Notes: generated by a model from the letters alone, not told the origin. DNA of 64,000 nucleotides from Vicugna vicugna (GCA_013265495.1 MU057801.1:1481879-1545878), one strand, 5' to 3'; shown: positions 35,280 through 47,499, numbered from the stretch's first letter. Made by a program: numbers and translations.

Positions 35280-36070
35280 CGCTCTCCGGATCCTCAGCGG
35301 CGTCTGGCCTCCTGCCAGACCCGTCAGAGAACGAAGGGATGCGCCTCGACGGCCGCGGGGCCCTCCGCTTACCGGGAGGCGTGAGGCCGGGAAGCAGAGT
35401 CAACACCGTCGCCTGTGAAAGGCCCTTGAACGCGCGATCAGCCCCCCGGGCTGCCCGCCGCGGGCCCGGACCACGCCCTCGCCGCTCCCGGTCCCGAGGC
35501 TTTTCAGCCCCCCCCGCGGCACCCCCAGATGTTTGCCGTTTAGCCGTTTATTCGTGTCTCCTCGCTAAGCCGATGCGCGTCGCTGTCTCCCGCAGACTCT
35601 GCGTGTGGCTGCCGCGGGCTCCTCGCGCTTTCCGCTCGGCGGCAGGGGTGGGACCCGCCTGGCCGCCCTCGGCCGCCGCGGTGCTCGTGTCCGGGCGCGC
35701 CGCCCTCCCGGGCGCCTCGGCGGGGTTCGCCGGCGGGAGGTGCCGAGAGGCGGGGTCCCCGGACGCAGGGTTTGTAGGTCCAGCGGCCACGGCGTTTTAT
35801 CCTCCCTCCACTCCCTCCGCAGTCCAGGCCCCGGGTGTCTGCTTTCTGCTGAGAGGCTGCCTCCCCCAGGCTGGGCACCGCCCACGTCCCCCGCACCCAC
35901 CCTTCTCTCTCCCCCGCGGCCCCTTCGCACCTGAGCGGCTTCCTGCTGGTCCCACCTCTGCCAGGTCTCCCGCGACCCGCCATCACACGTCTGCTCAGGC
36001 CTTGACTCCCCTGGAACAAACGCACGTTTTCTGCTCGGCCTCCGCCCCCAGGGCTCTCCCCGACGCGAGC
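35280..36070. promoter_or_regulatory. orphan CpG island
   Basis: Very dense CpG and GC, with a GGGCGG-type box; no recognisable exon. Confidence 0.65.
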
Positions 36071-36679
36071 TGATTCTGTGTCTGAGTGCTCGTCTTGGGC
36101 GCTGTCACCTTTTTGCCCCCAAACCTTCAGAGACTCCCCAGTGCCCTCCGGGCTGGCGTCCCAGACCCTCCACAAAACACCCTGGTCTCCCGTTCCAGCC
36201 CCAGCTCCTCGCCGCGCTTCAGCCGGACTCGGACACTGCTTGGTGCCAACACACGGGACTGCCCGTTTTTAGGAAGCCAGGGGGAGCCCAAGAAAAGGCG
36301 GGGAAGGCGGACGAACCATCTTGAGTTTTCTTCTTCAGCTGATCCAGTTAGAAATCACTGCTCTGCTTGCTCACGCGTTGTTTCGGTTTCTCTAAACGGG
36401 AGGGCTGTTCGGACGGAGGGAAAGTGGCTGGTTTCCCTGGGGTCGTGTCCTGGGGCGGGACTTCTCCCTCGCTCTGCTGGCTTCGTCCGGCCGACTCAGG
36501 CTGCCCTCCTGACCGGGTCTTCTGAATCTCAGGCCCACCTTCAGCCGCAGTTTGAAGCTTGAGGGCCTCTATCATTCAGGATGGAGGGTCTCTCTCTGGA
36601 CGTTGCTGTAGGTGCGGACACATGCAGATTCTTCAGACGCTCATGGCACAGGATCCGTGACACAACATGCAGACACGTG

Positions 36680-37012
36680 TGAATTGTATATATAAATGGA
36701 GGGGAGACATTGAAAGATGGGCTCACACAGCTGTGGAGCAGCACAGGTCTGAGATGTGCTGGTACGGCTGGTAGGTGTGGGCTTGGGTGGGGACAGGATT
36801 CCTTCATTTTCGGGGAGGGGAACTCTGCCTTCTCTCTCAAGGCCTTCACTTGATTAGGTGAGGCCCATTCACGTTACGGCAGATAATCTGCTTTCTTCAG
36901 AGTCTGCTCACTTCAATGCTTGTCACATCTTCACAGCAGCGTCTAGACTGGTGTCTGCCCAGCAACTGGCTACCACGGCCTGGCCAAGCTGAGACGTAGC
37001 AGTAACCCTCCC
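36680..37012 (-). mobile_element. ERVL LTR (MLT2D/C-like)
   Basis: AAGGCCTTCACTTGATTAGGTGAGGCCCA...TAATCTGCTTT...CTTCACAGCAGCGTCTAGACTGGTGT...GCCAAGCTGAGAC. Confidence 0.85.
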
Positions 37013-38049
37013 TGGGTCAGCTCCACCTTAGCCCAGGCCCAGCTTTGGGCCAGTATTCCAGCCTCCTGCTCGTCCAGGTCGGGAGCGGGAGAGAAATTAG
37101 GGTCTTGCCCAGTGCAGATTCTTGTTAAATGATGAAAACCATTGTCATTCCTGCGGGGCTAGCTGCTTGCCACTTGGTTTGTCAAGTAAATAAATGAAGT
37201 GCATCTCCAGCAGACTGGCCTGCCGCATGGCAGAAGGCGTGGCTGCAATACGGCTCACTGGTGCAGGAAATGATTGGATTCCCTGGCTCCATATGGTCGT
37301 AAGTTCCCTTTGTGATACTAGAATATGAATGTGTTAACATTTTTATGTTTGTGCAGAGAGGAAGCGTATGTGTCACATCTGGAGTTCCCAGAATATCAAG
37401 GAACCAAACGTGTGTTCATATGATCATCTATGTATATACACACATACAACACACCCCTTTAAAATGGGAACAGCTGCAGTTGTAGCCCTTGCTTTCCTGA
37501 AGGATCTTGTGAGTGAATGAAGCCGTGAGACAGCCCACGAGAGAGCCGCCAAGTAGGCTATAAACACAATCTACATCGTTTTCCCAGCACCGTGTTTACT
37601 GGTTGTTTAGTGTCCCGGCCAGGTCCTGGCGAGGCGCTGCCCCTGGACCCGCTCATCTGATGCTGGGAGGGAGCCTTTCCCATCAGCTGGGGACTCTGGA
37701 CCAGCAAGTAAAGTGCACAGGCAAGACCTGAACTCACGTCTGCCTTCATCTAAAAGCGTGCGTTTCCCCCAGGACACCCCAGCTGCACCGCTGGCTCTCC
37801 GAGCACTCGGTAGCCAATTACTCACAAGGGTTTGTGAGGATGGTGCCCAATGTGTAGAGACCCCCTTGAAGATCTTCAGGCAAAATTCTGCTTAGCGGCT
37901 TCAAACTTGGGGACACAGACCCTGTGTAGTGACCAGAAGGGAATTCTTCCTCTCTTCTCCCCTTTTTTCTGCCTCAGGAACCGGTCTGCCCATTGAGGGG
38001 TCTTGGAGGAGACACCCCAGTCCCTCTGCTAGTGCCTTCTCTAACCGGC

Positions 38050-38310
38050 TTTTAGGAGAATCATTCTGCATGTGCTGCGGGGAATGGATCGGAGGGGATC
38101 AAGTCCGGAGACTGAGGAGGTAATGCTGGTGAGACACGGTGCAGACGGAGTGGATTCGAGATTCTTTCTGGCTGTGGGGCAGCTGGAGTCGAGTCTGGGT
38201 GGGAAGATGCTCAGCTCCCTCTGCATCTGTTGTGTTGGAGGCGCTGTGGGCATCGGGCGGAGCTGTGCAGGGAGGAGGGAGAGCCAGCCCGGAGACGGAG
38301 CTGGACAAGC
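38050..38310 (-). mobile_element. L2 fragment
   Basis: AGAATCATTCTGCATGTGCTGCGGGGAATGGATCGGAGGGG...GGAGACTGAGGAGG, purine-rich antisense L2 pattern. Confidence 0.5.
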
Positions 38311-39159
38311 CTGGTTCCGAACAGGTGCTCAATGGACACTGAAATTCACGGGTGGGAGGGCTGCTGGGACAGACGTGCAGGGTTGGAATGGGAAGTGGCA
38401 GGTTTGCATCTGAAGGCTCTTTACCTGCTGAGAGGGGGATGTGGCTGGTTGTGTCTTAGGACTGAGCGAGAGGATTACTTCTGAACCAGCCAACTATTTA
38501 AAGGAAGTGAGTCAAGTAGAGGAAGAAGGGGACCCCCGGGCAGCACGGCCACCAGGCTGAGGCTGGATGCTGTGAATTAATACAGTGGTTCCAGCCCACT
38601 GGGGGTGACTTTGTCAGTAGGGCCGCCGCCTGGGTTAGGCCCAGTTGGTGGCAGGTGGGCTGAATGGCAGCTGGGCTTTCCTGAGCCCTCACAGTGGAAG
38701 GAGCCAGTGTGACTGACGGAACGGAGCTGGAGGGACAGGCTGTAGGCCACACGGGCGGGGAGAGAGGTCCTGCTGGGGCTGAGGAAGCTGAAGGCTCAGT
38801 GAGGAGGAAGAGAAGTGAAGTGGGTGCAGCCAGCATGCAAATGGAGAGGAAAGGTGGTCTGGTGACAGGGAAAGCATGGAGGTGAATTTCAGCGGGTCTA
38901 GGATGACAAGACCCTGGGGAGCCAGCGAAAGCGCGTCCAAGGCGAGATGGAGACGATGGCTGCTGGGGGTGGGCGTCCTGGGACCTGTGGGGGTGAGATG
39001 GGACTTGTGCACAGACGCAGTGTCACCAAGGGGATGCTGGCAGCGGGCAGAAGGAGCGACAGAGGGCTCAGCAAGAGGTTCTTCCTGCGGGGCCCATGCG
39101 TGGGCAGTGGGGGACCAGTGTGTGGCCGGGCAGACAGTGGGAGCTTCTCGTCTACCACT

Positions 39160-39450
39160 TTTGGGAGGGGTCCTGGAAGCAGACCTTGAGACAAGGATCC
39201 GGCTTATTCAGGGGATGTACCCAGGGGCACAGGGAGGAGCAGGGAGAGAAGTGACGGGTCTCCTAGTGAATGGGCTGCCCTGAGGCACCTGGGGCTCACG
39301 CATCACTGGCTGTGTGCGGCTGTGGGGAGCCCACTGCCCGCCCCTGCCCTGCGCCGTTAGGTTAAGGTGCTCTGTTGGCAAGAGGACATTCCTGAGAAAG
39401 AGAAGGGACGCCTTCAGCCTGTGTGGAAACAGCCACGGCTGGCTGAGCAC
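39160..39450 (-). mobile_element. ERVL LTR fragment (LTR33/LTR16-like)
   Basis: GGAAGCAGACCTTGAGACAAGGAT is the reverse complement of the LTR33/LTR16 3' end. Confidence 0.55.
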
Positions 39451-39779
39451 ATACAGGTGGGGCGCTCCTAAGGTCTTCCACTGAGGGCAGTGAGTCCAGA
39501 AGGAGCAGTTTTAGGGGGAAGAGTCAGGACCTGGATGTGACACGGGGGTAAACACTGCCTCCTGGCTCGGAGACAGATGGGGCTCCTGGGGACACAGCAG
39601 GCGGCCCTCCGGAGGCTCCAGGGAAAGCTGACCGGTGAGCGGGCTTCCAGGGCGACCAGCGGGCGCGCTGGGTGAGGGCAGGGGGGCAGGCGGAGACACG
39701 GTTCGGGGGTCAGGGAGTTTGGGTGGAAGAAGAGAAGTGATGTGTGGGGACGGGGAGGAGGAGCTCTGGGCACCAGGGG

Positions 39780-40430
39780 TTACAGGGGTCTGGTGAGGGT
39801 CCCACCTGGGCTGCGAGCCGGCAGCGCAGGCGCAGGATGCGGATGGGTCCCGCCGGCCACACGGCCCCTCGGACGCTTGTCCCCGGAGTCTTGGGTGTGT
39901 TGGTGGCTTCTCGGAGGGAGTAATCTACAGAGCAAGGTTCTCGGAGGCTCCAGGATGGACCCTGGAGTCCTACCGCAGGTCGGAATCGCTGACGTGCGGG
40001 GGCTGGAGTCCCGGGGGGGGGGGCCCCGCTTTGAGGCCGCCGCCGGTGCGCCCCGGGGACAGGGCCGGCGGGGCCTCCGGGGTCTGGGGTGCTCCCCCCA
40101 GGGGCTGCCCCGGAGCCAGGCCGGGAGGAAGGGAGGCTTCTGCGCCTCGGCCGTTTCCCCCGTGGGACTGGCACGGTCGTTCCCTCTGCAGGGACGCGGC
40201 GTCACAGCTGCCGCACACGCACATCTGGGCAGAGCTGCTGGCAGAAGCGCTCTGGGCACCGTCTGCCCCACCGTGAGCCCCTCCGTGGCCGAGGGAACCC
40301 AGTTTGGAAACCACCACTTGTGCGAACCTGCCACCCACCCCGAGCCGCGCTGCCGTCAGACAGTCACAGGTCAGACTCCCTGGTTGGGGGCAGCAGGGAC
40401 CGGGTCCTTGCGTGGCGCTCGGTCTGGGTT
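39780..40430. promoter_or_regulatory. orphan CpG-rich patch
   Basis: High GC/CpG, G-run GGGGGGGGGGG at about 40013-40023, TGACGT half-CRE at about 39990. Confidence 0.55.
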
Positions 40431-40639
40431 GGTTGACAGCTGTGCTGGCCAAGACCTGGGGACTGTACACGCGGGCCCCCACTATGGGGCCTGGCAGGAG
40501 ACACTCCTTGTATGAGTTCCTGGTGGGAAAAAAATGTTTTTCTTCAGAGCTGCTAATTATTGTTTGTTTGTTTGTGTTTTGCGGTGACCAGGAGCGTCAT
40601 TGGTGCCCCCACAGCCTCCCTTCTCCTGCGCTGTCACCC

Positions 40640-41035
40640 CTCTTCAGTTGCGTGAGGCTTCTGTCAGCCGCTCAAGCACATCCCTGCTCATGTGCTGTTC
40701 CCTCTTCTTGAATGCTGTTCCCTTTATGCTTGGCTTGGCTGCCTCCTTCTCATTCTCCATGTCTGCACCTAAATGTCTCCAGCTTGGAGCGACCATCTCC
40801 GTCCGAATGCTCCTTCCGAAGTGCCTTTCCACCCCGTTTTTCCTCCATCATGGCACCTGGTCCCCTCTCGCCTCCCAGCACTTTGCACAGTTTGAGGTTA
40901 AGTATGCCTTCTGGCCGGCTGCCCAGGAGGCCGTCGGCGCCTTCGGGGCAGGGACAGGTCTGCCCTGCTCATTAGCCTTCCTAGCCCCAGGCGTGGTGAG
41001 CAAGCAGTATTCACAAGTGGCTGCTGAACAGATCA
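40640..41035 (+). mobile_element. L2a 3' region
   Basis: TGCTGTTCCCTCTTCTTGAATGCTGTTCCC...GGCTGCCTCCTTCTCAT...GGGGCAGGGACAGGTCTG. Confidence 0.75.
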
Positions 41036-42884
41036 CGGAGTTTTACATACAGTGCCATCACACAAAACGCTGAAGTCTCCTTCGCCACCAGGCACAGGGC
41101 TGACCCATGGCTACAGCGTCTCCTCCTCCTCTGTCAGCTGTGGGATGTTAAGCCGATTCTGGCAGGAGGAGTCCAGCACAGTGAAAGGTGTCGAAAACTT
41201 ACTTTAAATTTAGAAGGCAAATATAGAAGGATAATTTACTGAGATATTAATTTGTGTGTGCTCTTCCTGTTCCACAAAGGAAGTCAGACTTTTTCTCGCC
41301 CCTTTGGGCACAGAACGCAAATTCCTTGCACACGTTGTTGGCACAGGAAGATTCATGCCTACCACCCAAACCTCATCACGCTGGGTGGATAAGTTAAATC
41401 AAACACAATTTCTGCTTACTAAACACTGCCACCAAATCTTGAACCAGCTCATCTGATTTATGAGTAAGACTGTAATTTATTCTGTGCTGTTTCCACCACT
41501 ACAAAGGTAACAGGGTTCTGTGTTCGTTTATGGAAATAAGTCTGCCTTGGCATATTTTTAAAGTTTTAATTTCTCTTCGCTACACCACAAAACCAGTTAC
41601 TGCTGTTTAATTCATTCCATATTTGTTGCTGAGCATAAGCAATGCTTTTGGAGTCATCAGCGGCTGATGCTCTGGATGTGCAGGTGGGAGCAAATGATAT
41701 TCAGTCAGCAGCCTGCATGTACAGGGAGGACATTCTTCCTACGCTGGAAGGTAAGTTTTTCTGGGAGCCATGCTAAATCTTTGGTTAACAGGAAACCATT
41801 TCATAATTTATAATTCATGTGTGACATCATTTACATGATTGGTAAATTACCAAATGGCTCCCAAGGGTCCATGTATTTACGCATTCATTCATGGGCTAAT
41901 CTCACCTAATTCCCCAACATTTAAAACCTGTAGCTTCATGGGAAGCTGGAAAAACTTAAGTCTCCATCCGCATCAGAAAGCAAAGTGCTGGCCAGCAGGG
42001 TTTCTGTAGCTCAGCGCAGGCCGGAAGAGAGGACGGTATCGGGGTGGAGCCCTCTCATTTAGCAGCAGCTGGGGTTTCTGAGCGGCCATGCTGGGGTTTG
42101 CACCCATTCTCCCAACGCAGTCCAGTGGTTCCACAAACTCAAGTTGAGAATGGAAGGAGAAATGCTGGAGCGAAAAGGGGAGGCTGGAGAAGGGGGGGAG
42201 AATTTGGGGAGGCCTTGACTCAGCTGGAGGACGGGTTCGGGGTGGGGGTCCAGCATTGTCTGTAGAGAATGCATGTGTGTGTGATTTATGGGAAAAAGAA
42301 AATTTGCGACTCCAGTCAGCTGATCCACAGTCAAGAATAGGCTTTGGTCCTCTTTTCATTTTTAAAGAGAGAGAGAGAGATATGTACACACACAATTGTT
42401 AAAAGATTATATTTTAACTACCTTTTCAAGGGACATTAGCTCTAACAGCACAGAGGCCTCAGTGTGTTTTCACGTGTCTTTTTTTCAGAAAGAATATTTT
42501 CTTTTCATTAGGTCTCCTATCCATTACTGTGTGTGTTCGCTCGTGACTTTGGCAGGAAAGCACGGAACAAATGTTGTCAGGGACGTGTGGAGTTCAAGTC
42601 TTTAACCCCCAAATGTGTTTCATTCCCTGGAATTAGACAATCTACATCTTGGAACTAAGGACTCATTAAAAAAAAAAAAACCCATAGGTTTTAGCCCCTT
42701 TTGAAGGATTGTGGCTAAGAACAGAGGTGACCGAAGACTGAAAAAAGGCAAAGCGGCGCGTTTTTGGTCCCTGGGCAGTTAGAGGGGAGTTTGGCAAATT
42801 CCAGGAGTTAACATGGGGTCATTTCAAGCAAGTCAGTTTAAACCGGCCTGACTCCCTTTTGTAAGTGACCAGAAGGATCTCGCT

Positions 42885-43085
42885 CAGTCGCCGTTACACA
42901 TCAGGCTCTGCCCTAGGTGCCTGACGCGGATGTTGTCATTTAACCCTGGTGACGTTTCTGTGAAGTGGGAACTGTTTTTATCCTTACTTTAGTGAGGGTT
43001 AAACCGAGACACGGAGAGAGTACACATCTTGTCTAAATCCCTCCACTAGGAGTAAAGCCAGGATTTGAACCTGAATTTTATCAGG
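42885..43085 (-). mobile_element. MIR SINE
   Basis: TGTCATTTAACCCTG...TTTTATCCTTACTTTAGTGAGGGTTAAACCGAGACACGGAGAG...AGCCAGGATTTGAACC. Confidence 0.75.
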
Positions 43086-43646
43086 AGACCAGAAAGGAGT
43101 TTGAAGACATCTCAAGACACTTTTGTAAAAAATAAGGAGGAATGTGGTTGGATGATCATGTGGCTACTTGGACGGAAGGCTGCACCGGTCTCAGGAGCGG
43201 GTCCCCGCGTGGCAGGGCAGGCTGAAGGGGCCGTGGCTGCAAAGCACCACCGGCAATAACCTGGCGGCCGCAGGCGCAGCGAGGCTGGGGCCGGGCTCCT
43301 CACGCGGCCCTCAGGAGCCTGGGCTGCCCGAGACCAGGGCGCCCTGGGTCACTCCGTCAGTTTGGGCGGAAGGCCAGTTCTCCCTTGTCGAAGATGCTGA
43401 GCAAGGCTGGACATGTTTGCAGACACACGGGCCAGGAACAGCACGCCCTGTTCTAATAACTTCTGGAATAGCTTCTGTGAAGGTTCTAGGGTGGGGAGGG
43501 GGTGGGCGATTGAATGAAGAATCTTAGAAATTCTCTGATTGTCAATATTCTCCAAGGTTAAGGAGGAACAGAAAGGCAGATGGGGGCTTCCTGGAGTGAG
43601 CAAAAGAACTTTTTCACTGAGAGAGGATAATAATTGAAAATGTACT

Positions 43647-43977
43647 CAGAGCACAGAGGGTTCTTAGGGCAATGAAGCTACTCTGGGTGACACTGTCATG
43701 ATGGACGCGTGACATCGTGCATTTGTCCAAACCTGCGAAGTGCGCGACACTGAGAGTGCGCCCTCACGTAGCGATGGACTTGGTGGTGGTGACGTGTCAG
43801 TGCAGGCTCTTTGGTTCCTGTTACGTCCCCCTTGTGGGGGATGTGACTAGTGGGGGGGTGACTGTGGAGGAGGCTGTGTGTGGGGGACAGGGGATAGACA
43901 TGGGAAGTCTCTGAACCTTCCTTCCAATTTTCCTGTGAACCTAAAACTGCGATAAAAAAATGAAGCCTTAAAAAAAG
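43647..43977 (+). mobile_element. L1MC1/2-like 3' end, GC-shifted
   Basis: GAGCACAGAGGGTTCTTAGGGCAATGAAGCTACTCTG...CATTTGTCCAAACC...CAATTTTCCTGTGAACCTAAAACTGC + A-rich tail. Confidence 0.85.
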
Positions 43978-43984
43978 TAAATGT

Positions 43985-44645
43985 AAGTTACCTATAGTAA
44001 CGTTCACTCCTTTAGTGTAGTTTTGTGAGTTTTGACAAATGCATCAGCATGTAGCCGTCACCACAACCCACGTGTAGAGTAATTCTAGCATCCTCCAAAA
44101 TTCCCTCGCTGTGTCTCACCTCTTTTTTTTTTTTTTAAATGATGGAGGCCCTGGAGGTTGAACCAGGACCTCGCGCATGCTGAGCCCGTGTTCCACCACC
44201 GAGCCACCCACCTCCGCCCTCCCCTCGTGGTAGACGGTGCTTTCCTCCACGCCAGCCCCTGGCAACTACTGGTGTGTTCTCTGTCCCTTCACTTTAACTT
44301 CTTCCAAAATGGAAAATGGAAACATAATGGAATCATTCACTGTGTAGACTTTTGGGTCTGGCTTCCCTGATGCGCTGGAAGCCGCGGTTGTTGGCCACGC
44401 GCTTCCAGGCGGCAGGCCCGCTCTCTCTACTGCTGAGTTGCAGCCTGTGGCGCACACGGGGCACGCAGCTTATCAGGTGCCCACTGATAAGGGCGACCGG
44501 GTTGGTGTCAGTTTGGGCAGTTACGAATAATGCTGCCGTCACCGCTGGCTTGTGGGCTTTGGGTGAACGTAAGTCTTACTTGCACACGGGCAGACTCAGG
44601 AGAGGGCCGGCTGGGTCCCACAGGGAGTGCGCGCTCGGCTCTGAA
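43985..44645 (-). mobile_element. L1MB/L1ME-like 3' fragment, interrupted by a SINE
   Basis: GAGTTTTGACAAATGCAT...CAGCCCCTGGCAACTACTG...AATGGAATCAT...TTTTGGGTCTGGCTTC...GAATAATGCTGC. Confidence 0.8.
44123..44215 (-). mobile_element. tRNA-derived SINE, Vic-1-like short form
   Basis: poly-T + ATGGAGGCCCTGGAGGTTGAACCAGGACCTCGCGCATGCTGAGCCCGTGTTCCACCACCGAGC; antisense B-box-like GGTTCAA. Confidence 0.8.
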
Positions 44646-46829
44646 GGGTGATCGTATTCTGAATGCATTGATTTGTGGTCCTGGTTTGCTCTATGATTTT
44701 GGATCATGGAACCTTTGGAAGAAGGTTCTGGATTTAATTTTGCACATAGAGCTGTTTACTTCTGTCTCCCACAGAAGGAGATGAGTGGGTCCTGAACATC
44801 ACTGCATTCATCAAGGTTTTAACGACAAAATCGCCCTCTGCAGACAGGTGGCACGTGTCTAGGGACTTGCTTGGTGAAGCTTCTGCAGAAGAGTTACGTG
44901 GAAGCAAAGTTGCCTCTTAAGAAACCACCATGAAGGCATGGAGGTCAGCTGCAAAGCTTCCGTCTCAGAATGGTTTTCTTGTTCTTTCATGTTTTGCATT
45001 CAGTGTCCTACAGGGAGTCCTGCAGTGACTTGACACACGACAAATGCCGTGTTCTAAGCAGAGCCAGTCCGTTGTCATGAGGGCTTCTGCCAGACGTAGA
45101 ACACTAGCGCCGAGGGACACGAGGTGAACACTGGTGCGGGGCGCCGTGACGCGGGCCGCGCTGTGAGCATGGACGGCACTTTCGATGCCAGCACATCATT
45201 AGTTCCCTCGGTTTGCAGCAGACGAGCGGACGCGACGGCCATAGTTTCTCCTGTTTGCATAGCTGCACAGATTTATGGTTTTGAAACAAAATCTATTTCT
45301 CTCCAAATAAGTAAGCAAGGACATTGGGGCAACCAACTTCTCAGAAAAGGAATGTTTTTAATTGGTATAGACATCTCAGAAAAATCAGATGCCAAATAAC
45401 ACACAGGAGCATGGAGTTTGTCTGACAAAAAGGAAATCTCTCACCTGTGTGAGCAGTTTCATAACGTTACAACGCTAGTTTAACAGAGATCCAGAACTTT
45501 CATTTGGGGAAAAAACACTCACATTAGGATTTAAAGAACAGTGAGTCGAATTAAATTTATCAAATTAGCAAACCACTGTGATTTTTCTTCCTTTGAAAGT
45601 GAGGGTTCAGTGATTAGAAAGCAACATAGCTTTTGGTTAAGAATGATATATTTTTGTTCAGATTAACAATAATTAATCTTTAAGGTGTAGGATGATGCGC
45701 CATAGTATTTTTAATCACAACGTGATGCGAAATAATAAAAGTTATCATAATTGGTAACCCAAGCCCGTCTATTCAAAGGGAAGAAACCATTTAGCGCTCT
45801 TAACTGTCAACCAGTCAGAGGTGGTTTCCAAATCAACCTGCAAGGAAGTCTGAGCACCGACACGAAAAATGTCTCTGCTTTCCTGAGGACGTTTATTGCT
45901 GGTAATAGCTCTTTAATAACTGGTAATTTGTGGAATTTAATTTCCAGTAGCGATGCACGAAAGTGGTCTGGAGGCAACAGAACTCTTCTCATTGGTTTCA
46001 GATCTTGAGCAATTGTTTCAAAATGCTCATGTGATGAAACAAAATGCTTTGTATCATGACCTTTCATTTCGGAGGGCCAGCTTCTTCACTCTGGGTTTTT
46101 GGCTGGTATCCAGTGTCAAACAGCAGACAAGTCTGAGAGATGATGTGTCATTCAGAAACCTCTTCCCCGAGCCAAGGAATCTCTCGGTTCCTTACTAAGT
46201 TACTAAAACTTGATGGGCATTTTTGGATTAGTAAAGTGATACATTGTTGATTCTGGAAATTGGTAATTTAAGCTGATTTCTCTGCATAGTCTTCAGCAAA
46301 CCATAAGACGGTTTTTGATAATGTCCAGTTTCATCCAAATACAGATGATGGTTTTATGTGAGTCCACTGTAACCTTAGCACAGAGTCTGCCTGAGCTGTG
46401 GGCTGAGGGGCTGGTTGCACAGAAGTGGGGGTTTCAGGATCATCTAACTGGGACGAGTTCTTGAGGCCTTTTTGCAAATGAGCAAGCAGTTTGCAATTTC
46501 TCTTTTAAAAAGGAAAACAAATGCAAACATATTCTTTTACGTAGACATTGTGTGATTTCAGGTTCCGTAAGCGAGATCTGTGAGAGCTGGGGAATGACTG
46601 CAGCCCCTGGGGATGCAGAAGAAGGTGGTCCCTGGACCACTGTCTGCCTGACCGAGATCAGCTGGTGGGGAGGGGTGGGCGATGCCAATGTCTACGGTTC
46701 AGTTTGAAGTTCCAGGATCCAAGTTTGCCTTTGAGTGATTTATCATTTCTTTTTCAAATATTCCTGTTACTGCCGCACACAGACACACAATTTGTAGTGA
46801 CTTCCTCAGGAGCCTGTGGAAATCTCAGA

Positions 46830-47010
46830 CCGGTGGCCTCACAGCGTGGTTCCAACCTAGCAGGGCAGCATCCCCTGAAATGTGTTAGAAATGCAGATTA
46901 TCCGGCCCCACCCAGACCGGTTCACGCCAAATCTCTGAGGATGGGACCAGAAGTCTGTGTTTTAGGGAGTCCGGGGGATTCAGAGGCATCCTTGAGGGTG
47001 AAGGACTGAC
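46830..47010. mobile_element. MER5A hAT-Charlie element
   Basis: GCAGCATCCCCTGAAATGTGTTAGAAATGCAGATTATCCGGCCCCACCCAGACC...AATCTCTGAGGATGGGACCAGAAGTCTGTGTTTT. Confidence 0.85.
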
Positions 47011-47499
47011 CTTGATAAGCACAGTTAGCTTAGAGATTTTCAGAAAATCTTGAAAGCCCACTCTGCTTTAGGGCAACTGTCAAGAAGCTGGAAGTGGTTA
47101 AGGAATTACTACCCCCAGGGGCAGCCCCCATTCAGTATCTCCCGAGTGAGCATTTAAACGTCCCAGCTCGCTGCCCTCTCCGGGTGGGGTGATTCTGACA
47201 GCGGGTTTGCAGAGCTGCCCCTTGCGGGGCTGAGCTCCAGACCTGGCTTTGCAGCCTGCCCCCTCCCTGCAAGTGCTCCCTCTCTCCCTGCAGGTGGTCC
47301 CTGAACACCAGCCCCGCCCACAACCTGCTCTCAAGTCCTTGCCTCTAGATGCTCCTGGCAGGTCCCAGACTAAGGCGCTCACCTGGGGCAAGTACTTCAT
47401 AAAAACTGATAGACTGAACCTCCCCTACAGTCTTACCTGGGTCAGAGGCCATCATTCCATCTCTGCCACTCCTGAGCGGAAGCAGGAATCTGCCCGGAA

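Noticed and set aside
35339..36175. 244 aa and 211 aa ORFs
   Set aside because: Pro/Arg/Ala/Gly-rich ORFs overlapping on both strands in a CpG island; no recognisable domain
39742..40515. 257 aa ORF
   Set aside because: GC-driven stop depletion; overlapping ORFs in several frames; no domain
44140..44215. tRNA gene
   Set aside because: tRNA-like head followed by a poly(A) tail, inserted in an L1 and degenerate; this is a SINE
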